A program made the translations under genes and the position numbers. From a bacterium (GTDB lineage Bacteria; SAR324; NAC60-12): 15,622 bases of DNA. Under the pieces are notes generated by a model that worked only from the letters and a program-made list of their open reading frames with translations, had not been told where the DNA came from and made no database searches. Every line of letters starts with the position of its first letter. Position 1 is the stretch's first letter. Positions 1 to 9,714 of this stretch are shown here, one piece after another. The DNA is taken from positions 1 to 15,622 of the forward strand of contig CBDDTI010000592.1 in NCBI GenBank assembly GCA_965233585.1. The letters are read 5' to 3'.

Positions 1-367
1 CCACGTTGTAAGCTCTTTTTTGCAATAATTTGAGCTAAAATAGGGACGATAATGCTGGCAATTGCCGATAAAGTTCCTAAAATTCCGCCCCTTTGTAGTA
101 TTGTTCTTTTTTTGAAATGTCGGAAGAGCGACGAGGCGGCGTGGCAAGACGTCTGAACTCCCCTAAATGAGCTCTAATTTTTTTCTGAAGTCGTGTTCGC
201 ACTTCGCCATGTAAGGGCAATTCGCCGTTCAAAACGTAACGTAAAATACGACAAAGCAATTCAACGCCGCGATCGTCCAAATAATTTAAAAAATTAGCGC
301 AATCTTTATGTTTTAATTTTTTTATTGCATTAAAAAGCGAATTAGCTTTTTCTAATTTTTTTGACAT
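1..367 (-). CDS. Small Polinton basic/amphipathic virion-type protein with QxGG motif, broken by a frameshift at the A7 run (113-107); runs off the window
   Basis: ORF 77..367 reads LLCRILRYVLNGELPL...RLQKK...RRLA, the Polinton 'NiL.GnvpL...L.k....lR.La' pattern. The -1 frame after the A7 run continues KKRTILQRGGILGTLSAIASIIVPILAQIIAKKSLQR with no stop. Confidence 0.7.
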
Positions 368-413
368 TTTAACAGTAATTATTTTTAATTTTTCTTAAAT
401 AGATATGAAATTT

Positions 414-1109
414 TTAAACAGTAACGTAGGCTTTCATTAATCCTTCATAAGGAAAGATGTTACTTCGAATTCTGACTTTATCGTCTTGCTGTTGATGAAA
501 ATCTAGAAGAAGATATCCGTGACTTCGACCGTTAACTGCTTCTCTATACGCTTTATTTAAGATTCCAACACGACCGGGAAAAATTTGTTTTGCCAAATGT
601 GTGACGGCGCTTCTGTCTCGCGGATTGTTAAAAAGGATCATGTATTGCGTATTTATGCTTAATGTCCGTAAATCGCCTTTTTTGTAAAATAAATTTTGAC
701 AAAGAAAAATGGTGAAACAATTGTAATGATGGGTCAAAACCGTAAAAAAATGTTTTAATATTTGCCCAACATCGTCTAAATAATCGTCAAAAACAATCAA
801 TTTGGGCATTTTTCTCGGATATAATTCTAAAATATCTTTCAACTCTTCAATTGAATTTGGAATATTTTTGAATTTACGAAAAGACGGAAATTGTGTGTCA
901 GAACCTCTGCCCTCATTCATGTCGTCTTCCATGTACTGATATGCTTTTTGCGGTTCCTTGTAAAACAACAACATTGTTTCAGGCGGAGTTGCAAAATATT
1001 CGTGCCGACGAAGCACTAAATGTTTTAGCCACGTTGTTTTTCCGCTTGATGTTGGACCGACAACCAACATGTTGGACGGAATATTAAACCTCAAATCAAA
1101 ACCTTTCAT
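414..1109 (-). CDS. A32/FtsK-HerA-like DNA packaging ATPase (231 aa)
   Basis: Walker A GPTSSGKT, Walker B LIVFDD, plus THHYN...LCQNLF...RTLSINTQYMILFNNPRD and HGYLLLD motifs typical of Polinton ATPases. Confidence 0.93.
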   Translation of the reverse strand: MKGFDLRFNIPSNMLVVGPTSSGKTTWLKHLVLRRHEYFATPPETMLLFYKEPQKAYQYMEDDMNEGRGSDTQFPSFRKFKNIPNSIEELKDILELYPRKMPKLIVFDDYLDDVGQILKHFFTVLTHHYNCFTIFLCQNLFYKKGDLRTLSINTQYMILFNNPRDRSAVTHLAKQIFPGRVGILNKAYREAVNGRSHGYLLLDFHQQQDDKVRIRSNIFPYEGLMKAYVTV

Positions 1110-1175
1110 TTTATTAATTTTAAAAAAGAAATTACAAAATTTTCTTTTAAATAAAAGTAATGATTTAATTATTTT

Positions 1176-4100
1176 TTATTTACAAATTTGACATTTAGAC
1201 ATTTTGTTGTTAACAATAAGACAATTTCCTAGCGATAAAGTGTGACATCCGCAATTTAAAACATATCTTTTGGAATCCATTGCCGACAACGCAATTATTC
1301 TTTGAAAACACGTCCGGATTTTGTGATTCTTTGATCTTAAATTTTTAAAAGATTTGTAAATTACAACAGTTTGCTTTAAGCACTTTTTGTAATCTGCATA
1401 AGTTAATTGCTTTTTTATACTAGATTTTTTTAAACCTTTGCATACTTTTTTCTCATCAGTTTTGTTTTTGTCCAAAAAATCAGCTATTTTCATAGAATAA
1501 CATTTTGGACGTAAGCCTATAAAATCAGTAATAGCCGCTCTACCTTTTAATTCGTCTTTGAAATAAAAAAGTTGATTGGCTTTACTGTCGTCAAAAAGTG
1601 GATGTTGTTTAGGGTACTTTGAAAAATCAAACATGTGTTTCAATCTCTCCATTTCCCTTTCCAAATTGTTGCATTTAACTTTTAAAAGAAAAGAATCCGT
1701 GTCCGAAAAACACAAAGATACATTGTCTTTGCCGAAATGTTTTTGAATGGTGTCATAGTATGATCTGTACATAAACAACTTGGACAACTCTAGAATGGAA
1801 AATCCGACGGCTAAAGGCTTTCTAAGTTCTATCATTGCCGGCTTCTTGTTGACAGCCACCAAATTCTCATTAATGATTTGAAAATTGTTGATGTGTTGAC
1901 CAAGACTGGCTTTTCTCAGACTTTTTTCATCTCCACAAAGGACCACTTCGATGTAATTTCGAACATTTTCTGAAAAATATAAAATTAAATAAATATTTTA
2001 TAAAGAATACAACATTTTTTATAAAAATTCATTATAAAGTGTGTAGGAGTTTGGAGATTTATTTTTTAAAAACTTCCTAAAACCATGTGGCAATTTTCAA
2101 AACAAACTTTCACAGGAAGAAGAGGAGGAGGAAGAAGAAAGGGAAAAATGATGATGATGGAGATGAGGAGGGGGTACAGGAGGTTAAGGGAGGAGGATGG
2201 AGAGCCGCTTTTGGCGGTGGAGGAGGTGGAGGAGGAGAAGAAGAAGAACCGGAGACCGGGCCTGATCCGGCGGATCCGGTCGGCCGTGGCCGACATTTTT
2301 GATGCTCCGCCGTCCGCTGCCGCCTCCGCCACCGCCAGCGCCGCTGCCGTTGCACTCTCTGTTAGCGTTGCTGTGCTCGCCGCCAACGGTGCTGGCGGCG
2401 GCGGAGGCGGCAGCGGTCGCGCTGTCCGAGGCCTTCAAAACGAAAATTTTATTGCGCCCGACGTCCCCACCGGCATTCTTGTTGACCTCCCCACCAACAA
2501 CATCTGAGGTCCAACGTCCCCACCGAGGTGCCCACCGAGGTCCCCACCGAGTCCCCCATCGAGGTGCTCATCGAGGCCCCCACCGAGTCCCCCATCGAGA
2601 TGCTCATCGAGGCCCCCACCGAGTCCCCCATCGAGATGCTCATCGAGGCCCCCATCGAAGTCCCCACCGCTGAAATTTCCTCCAATGTCCCCACCGATGT
2701 GCTCATTGAGGTCCCCGTCCCCATCGAGGTGCCCACCGAGACCCCCACCGAGTTCCCCACCGAGGCGTTTGTCGAATTCCCCATCGAAATCCCCACTGAC
2801 GACCCCATCGAGGCTCCCATCCCCTTTAGACTCCCCGCCGACGACAGATCTTTTGCCGTTAGACGTCGGGCGACGGAGATTGTCCGCCTGGCCAGAATCC
2901 GGGCAGCGGCAAACCGGATGGCCGATTTCGACGGCGAGGTCATCACTGTGGAGGCCGAGGTCCACGCGCCTCCCGATGACATTGAAGATGCGGATGAGCG
3001 TGTGGTGTGTACTGCCAACACATTTTGCACTAAATATTGGCAGTACCACCACACGCTTGTGCAAATATAAAAATACAAAAAAGATCCTAAATCTGGGTAT
3101 TTACTTACCGATAAACTTTCCAAAAGTAGAGTTGGCAAAAAGCTTAAAAAGCCGAAGTTCAAAATCGTTGCGAGCGTTTGATCGTAGCATCGTGACCTTT
3201 TCAATAAACTCCTTCAAAAAAGCTTTTTGCCGAAACTTTACGGCTCTTCTTATCCTCAACAGCTTCATGCCTTTTTTCAAGTAGTATTGTAGATTTTCCA
3301 GATGCACCACGTACTTTTTTCGATCATAAAAAGTGCTCAACAGTTTCTTGCTTCGGTATCTTTTGTTCTTATAATCTCGAGGGTTGAGATGTTTTAGTAA
3401 ACGGCGATTATAAGGAGACAGATGTTTGTAAGAAACCGTGTCTGTATACGGAGCCAGCGGAAATTGATCATGTGTCTGTAAATATTTTACCGTTTATCAA
3501 AATGCAAAAAACGTGTTAAAAAGATCAGATTTACCGGGTGAAGATGAGAAGGATAATGCAAATCAACTTCGAATGCGTACCCGGTCTCGTCTTGAGAAGG
3601 AATCTTGATAATATCTTTGGCAGTCCATTTTTCAAGATCTTTTTTTGCAACCCACTCGAAATCAGAAACTGGCAATTTTAAAGTTTCCATGCTCCCGTAC
3701 AAGTTGTTTGCTAAAAAGTCACCGATTTTAAATAAATAGATTAATCAAACGATGCAGTATAAAATTACCGTCAATGTAAAGTAAATGATCGCCGCTTTTT
3801 CTCGGATTGCTGTTTCCTTTTGCATAACGCTGAGAGATAAAGCTTTGTCCGCCTCTGATACCCTTTGTAAAAAACTGCTCCATTTCAGGATCGGAATAGA
3901 TATCCAGAGATCCTGGAGGTTTGGAAGATTCACCCGCGAGGTTATCTTTTGTTGTTGTAGCTCGTTCAGAGTTTTGATAAAACATAAGCATAACATCAAA
4001 ACTTAGTCCAGGAATTCCTAAAATTATACGAAATAAATTTTATATTCAAACTTTATATGTCAAGCAACAGAAAAAGAAATTCACCTAAGTAATAGATTGG

Positions 4101-5897
4101 ATCCAATTGAAAGTGTTCCATAACCATTTTCCTGTATTGAAGAAATGCTTCACATAGCAGGATGACATCCAAAGAACAATAAAGCATCATGTAATCCGCC
4201 ACATTCTTGCACTTGAACAGTTTGAAGACTTCTTGCGCATGAGAATAATCCGTTTCCGAGATGTGTTCTTCATTCAATTCGGAATAAAAAGCATCTTTGG
4301 TTGGGAGGTTTCGACTTTTTTTCATTTCTTGTAATGATTGAAAATGCTCGTAACAAAAAATGCCTTTTCTTTTTAAAAGTTTAAAAGCTTTTGATTTTTG
4401 ACGGATAGGAATTTTTTGAAATCTTTTCATCTGTTGTAAAATAGGGAAAGAAAAGTTTGAAGTTTGATTCAAATCTTGGACAAGAGCGTCTAAGCTGGCA
4501 GATATGTGCTCTAATGAATCTTGGATTTTAAATTTGCCCAATGTAAGAGTGCGAAACTTTTCACTGTTTCTAGCCAAGACTTCCGGCATTTTCTTAAATC
4601 GGCGAATGTTTAACTCTTCTATGATTAAATGCAAATCGTATCTGAAACATTCAATTTGTTAAAAAATTAATTAAAAAATAAAGTTAATAAAAAATTTTTA
4701 CCCTTGAGCGTTGTGGAAAAAAATTGGCGTGTGATAGGGTCCGGATCTTGTCAAATTACACAGCGAATGAGCCGCACCCATTATTTTTCCTGTGACATGA
4801 TCGTGATCCAAAACTTTTCTATACTTTTTAGGATGGGTAGCAAATCGAAGACCGCATATATGACAAACGGTTGCTTTTCGAAACATTTGCCATTCCTCAT
4901 GGGTGGCTTGAGTTTTGAGAACATCTCTGAATTTTTGTTTTCTTTCTTCAACCACTTTTTCGTAGAGAGGTATCCGATCCAAAAAACGTTTGGCCGCATC
5001 CTCTCCTAAATATTCTTCTTGAAAGAATACTTCATTTTCGGAGTCCACAAAAATCAGGCTGTAGCCTACCGGTCTATGCACATTTATATCGTCACTTGTG
5101 GGAAAAGCACACAAGCATTCCAATTTAGAACAAAGTCGACATTTAGATCGTTCCTTGTTTCTTTGAAGTACACTTTCAAAATCACAAAATCCCACAACAG
5201 GTGCTTTAAACTTATGTTTGTGGTTAGAAAAACTTATAGCGGCATTTTTACCGGGATAAATGGTGCGTTGCTTATCGTAGCAAATTTGCTCATGCTTTTC
5301 TTTCTTGAATTTTGATCGGAAACGCAGCAGACATTTTTCACAGTGGATGTACTTCTGTTGACCCGCTTTGTTAATCGACAACAGTCCGGCCCGATTATTC
5401 AAAAAACCTTGGAGTTTTGTAATTTTAAAGAAATGATGCTGTTGATTTAAATCTTTGATTTTTTTAGGAAACTTGGAAGGAAAACTCGATTTTTTGGGGC
5501 GGGAATTACTCGAAGTTTTATCGGAAGAGATTTTAGGATCGTGTTTTATCATTAACAAATGGAGAGTATTTTCTCTTATATCGTTGTTTTTGTTAGTAAT
5601 AAACCCTAAATTTGAAACGTGACCTTCACTCTCATAAAGTACGGAAATTGAAATTGGTAAATGACGATTTCTACACAAAAATTTTTTTATGTCACAAAAT
5701 TGAAGAGGAAACGTAAAACCTTTTATGTTAAATTTTTTAAGATATTTTATTGGCATTTGACGAAAATCTGTAATGGAAGCAGTTTCTGGAAAAAGATGTC
5801 TAATGTACAGATAAAGAAAGTTGAATTTATCATATCGAGTATTCCATTCCAAGCAGTTAGATCTTTTTATATCTCGTGTAATTTCTATAAAATCCAT
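1176..5897 (-). CDS. polB: Protein-primed DNA polymerase B, 6 exons: 5897-4702, 4641-4085, 4017-3769, 3710-3535, 3475-3109, 1969-1176 (3339 nt, 1112 aa)
   Basis: ExoI CDFES and motif C FSDTDSF lie within exons. Splice junctions rebuild FHNAQGYDLHLII (ExoII), DPIYYLGIPGLSFD, YIDANNLYG (motif A), YPSHLHPTHDQFPLAP and KLFANSTFGKFIENVR (motif B). LRPKCYS and KVCKG are present. All introns are GT-AG and in phase. The start codon is the least certain part. Confidence 0.93.
2085..3070 (+). CDS. Nested antisense gene (ORFs 2085-2507 and 2528-3070, probably one frameshifted gene): acidic/basic N-terminal part, Ala-rich hydrophobic stretch, E-x-P-T/I repeats
   Basis: TATAAAAA at 2020-2027 and AAAACC-ATG at 2085. 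Visibly GC-rich compared with its flanks. The tail of the first ORF (DVPTGILVDLPT) resembles the repeats of the second (NVPTDVLIEVP). Confidence 0.5.
2513..2820 (+). repeat. 12-nt periodic coding repeat, including three near-identical 36-nt units (about 2542-2649)
   Basis: CCCCACCGAGTCCCCCATCGAGRTGCTCATCGAGGC x3, built from GAGnnnCCCAYC-like subunits. Confidence 0.9.
3476..3534 (-). other. pPolB intron 4 (59 nt, phase 0)
   Basis: GTAAAT...TTTACAG; joins HLHP to THDQFPLAP. Confidence 0.88.
3711..3768 (-). other. pPolB intron 3 (58 nt, phase 1)
   Basis: GTAATT...TTTTTAG; restores YID-A-NNLYG. Confidence 0.9.
4018..4084 (-). other. pPolB intron 2 (67 nt, phase 1)
   Basis: GTGAAT...ATTTTAG; restores YYL-G-IPGLSFD. 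Confidence 0.88.
4642..4701 (-). other. pPolB intron 1 (60 nt, phase 2)
   Basis: GTAAAA...GTTTCAG; restores HNAQ-G-YDLH. Confidence 0.9.
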
Positions 5898-5946
5898 TTC
5901 CAAAGCTTACTTGAATTTTTATATACAACAAAATAAGTCCTTAAAA

Positions 5947-6708
5947 TCAAATATTGGTAATTTGGATGTCGCTAAAAGACAGAGATTCGAATCTCCATCC
6001 GGAACCTCTCATCAACAAATCCTCTTCTCGAGTTATTAAATTGTTTAATAATTTTTGAACTTTACCTTTTAACGAGCGAGAAGAATCAAAAGACGTGAAT
6101 TGAATATAGCCGGTTCTTAAAGCAAAGACATCTCGATCGCTAGGCATTAATTCATGTGACGACTGATCAAAACTTTTTTCAGTTGAATCATCAATGTTGC
6201 TAACAACCGTTTGAGGCTGTGATGAAGTATTATCAACAACAGCTTCCGTCTCAGTGTCTTTGTCTTTTGTAGCTGAATTCAAATCAGGAATCTGATACGC
6301 CGCTGATAAAATTAAAGCAACTTTTACTGTAAAGGTTTTACTTAATTCATGACGAATAACATCAACAATTTCTTGTCTATTTGTTCTATTAACAACAAAG
6401 GCGTGAAGCGTTTCTGTAGAAAATATATGTTTCCGAAAAATTTTGATTTTACCGTTTAAAGCAGATTTAAAAAGAGAGTAATTTAAGTCTTCTAAATGAG
6501 AGGAATCGATGTGAGAGACCAAATCATTTCTTGATTTAAAGGAACTTAATTCATTCTTACAAAACGGACACTGAAGCGATTGATTTAATGGAGTCCGATT
6601 TCGGAATTTTGACGATGTTTCACGATGACGAAACAATTCATGTTTGTCTCGGGAAGATTTTCTAGTAAACGATTTTTGGCATTCGCGGCAGACGTAGGAT
6701 TTTGGCAT
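5947..6708 (-). CDS. Stand-alone terminal-protein-like ORF with two C2H2 zinc fingers and GSGW motif (253 aa)
   Basis: YVCRECQKSFTRKSSRDKHELFRH and LQCPFC...LVSHIDSSH fingers. SALNGKIKIFR, KVALILSAAY and LMRGSGWRFESL match the region normally found at the N-terminus of Polinton pPolB. Confidence 0.8.
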   Translation of the reverse strand: MPKSYVCRECQKSFTRKSSRDKHELFRHRETSSKFRNRTPLNQSLQCPFCKNELSSFKSRNDLVSHIDSSHLEDLNYSLFKSALNGKIKIFRKHIFSTETLHAFVVNRTNRQEIVDVIRHELSKTFTVKVALILSAAYQIPDLNSATKDKDTETEAVVDNTSSQPQTVVSNIDDSTEKSFDQSSHELMPSDRDVFALRTGYIQFTSFDSSRSLKGKVQKLLNNLITREEDLLMRGSGWRFESLSFSDIQITNI

Positions 6709-6808
6709 TTCTGTTAAAATTCTGAAACAAAATTTATTGACGCGTGAAATTTGGAAATAATATATACAAACACATTAAAACTATATAGCTCAGACTAATT
6801 AATACAAA

Positions 6809-7636
6809 TCATTCTTGTCTAAAATGACGCAACAATCTTTGATATTGAGCACGTAAGCGTTCGCGTTCACGCTCAAGCGTTTGAATGCGTTGACGCAATA
6901 CGTACTCAGCATAACGATTGAACAAATCATAAGGTGAGCCTCCTTCTACATCAATTAAATCAAGAATGAAAGAGGCTAAACGACCGTCACTCGATCTTTC
7001 TAAATTTGAGGGTGCGGGGAAATAATTTTCCTCTTCTATTTCTTCTTCTGCTGATCGAGTTGGACGTTGATAAGGAGAAGAATATCTTCCAGCCCTACCA
7101 ACACCGCGTCTGACCTCTCGTCCAATCGAGGCTGAAGTCGTTTGATTGAAGGGGCGAGAAATATTTTGACCCCGACCAACGCCACGACCAGCGACCGAAG
7201 TACTCGAGGTGTTGCGCTCAGCAAAAATTCTTTGAGACATGGGGTTCGATGTTGAATCATCGACAGCGTTGTTTGATGATGGCGATGTTAATTCATCGGC
7301 GGAGTTATTGGTCGATGTTAAATCATCGGCTAAATTGTTATTGATCCGAACCATAATTCCAAATCCTTCGGGGTTTACAACTATCGGTTCAGATACTCGA
7401 CCCCGTTGATTAAACGAGGAAGATGTTGTCTGGCCCCGACCAACACCACGAGCGGTTAGAGAAGTTGGGCCATCATTTGACCTCAAATCTCCTCGACCTC
7501 GTCCAATCGGCACAACCGGTGGAGATGGCGGTGATGTTAAATCATCAGCGTTTCTTAGATGAAATCTTATTCTTAACCCGGCAGGGCCAAGAAAAACTTG
7601 GCGAGGGTTGTTTGAGTCATTTGGTGAATTAGACAT
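6809..7636 (-). CDS. Hypothetical disordered RG-rich protein with a C-terminal coiled coil (275 aa)
   Basis: Long ORF with AAAATG start downstream of a TATA/Inr promoter. RGVGR x3 and AD(D/E)LTS x3; tail LRQRIQTLERERERLRAQYQRLL; AATAAA at 6738-6733. Confidence 0.75.
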   Translation of the reverse strand: MSNSPNDSNNPRQVFLGPAGLRIRFHLRNADDLTSPPSPPVVPIGRGRGDLRSNDGPTSLTARGVGRGQTTSSSFNQRGRVSEPIVVNPEGFGIMVRINNNLADDLTSTNNSADELTSPSSNNAVDDSTSNPMSQRIFAERNTSSTSVAGRGVGRGQNISRPFNQTTSASIGREVRRGVGRAGRYSSPYQRPTRSAEEEIEEENYFPAPSNLERSSDGRLASFILDLIDVEGGSPYDLFNRYAEYVLRQRIQTLERERERLRAQYQRLLRHFRQE

Positions 7637-7699
7637 TTTAATTACCTTTGGCAGCGAATGGCAGAAGATCTTCTTTCAACGAATGTTCAAACTTATAAT

Positions 7700-7732
7700 G
7701 AATGAATTTGGAAATATGACCGCGTTTTTATA
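7700..7732 (-). promoter_or_regulatory. Pol II core promoter (TATA plus initiator) for the leftward replication unit
   Basis: TATAAAAA at 7732-7725 and TCATTC (TCAKTY-type Inr) at 7705-7700, with the Inr A 29 nt from the first T of the TATA box. Confidence 0.6.
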
Positions 7733-7958
7733 CAATTTTTGGTGGGAAATAGTTTGGCACATTTACGAGCCAATTGCATGAGAAAAAATTAATGACAAAT
7801 TAAGCACAAAAAATTAAAGATATCCACGGCAAATTACAAATCTTGAGCATGAGAAACGTTAAGTACTTGGAAAAATTAATGGCGATTTGATTGAGTTTTG
7901 ACAAATATAATTTGTTACAAATACGGACTAGTTGAATGAGAAAAAATTGATGGAAAAT

Positions 7959-7989
7959 ACGCGCACACACGCACACACACACGCACACA
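7959..7989. repeat. Imperfect (CA)n microsatellite
   Basis: acgcgcacacacgcacacacacacgcacaca. Confidence 0.8.
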
Positions 7990-8395
7990 GTGCACCCACT
8001 ATCTATAATTTTCTTAAACCATTGTTTAATTCACAATTTAACACGTTCAAAAACACAAATTATCCATAATTTCCTTAGACCATTGTCTGTTAACGACTTG
8101 ACGCGTTATAATTTAGGATGAGCCAAAAACATTAACAAGAATTGACCTCAAACGCGTTCAGCATCGTTAAAATTTACAACCTTTAGCGCCATAGCTCATT
8201 TATGCTGTGTAACCAATCAAAATTGATGAAACTTATCGGCTACTTGCCCGCGCATGTGGAATCAAGAGCCCCTTAGAACATTGTCATACTGACACTCCCT
8301 TAAACTCAAGAAGGTTTAAAAAGAACCTACATTTGATGACAAACGCCAGTACAGATTTATTGACAGAATAAATCACCCGCATTTAAAGCAATAAG

Positions 8396-9610
<1,215 letters not shown>

Positions 9611-9714
9611 AATAAAACGACCAAAGATGTACATATGCATAAATGTATTTTGAGAAATAAAATGAAATGCGCATTTATTTTATTCAAATAAAAATAAAAA
9701 CTAGATTATATGTA

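Larger units (their letters stand above)
1970..3108 (-). other. pPolB intron 5 (1139 nt, phase 1) containing a nested antisense gene
   Basis: Donor G|GTAAGT at 3108 and acceptor TTTTCAG| ending at 1970. The join gives FGKFI-E-NVRNY. Confidence 0.88.

Noticed and set aside
2435..3284. Gly-rich or Ser-rich ORFs in other frames (2435-3064, 2449-3204, 2685-3284, 2299-2673)
   Set aside because: Shadow frames of a GC-rich 12-nt repeat. The + frame encoding ExPT repeats, with an upstream TATA and ATG, is the more coherent reading, although the strand is not proven.
1176..5903. Polymerase as a fragmented pseudogene
   Set aside because: Every break is bounded by in-phase GT-AG sites whose removal restores conserved motifs.
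5885..5990. Intron fusing the TP ORF to the polymerase
   Set aside because: The only strong donor (GTAAGC at 5910) lies downstream of the TP stop codon, and no good GT donor precedes the stop.
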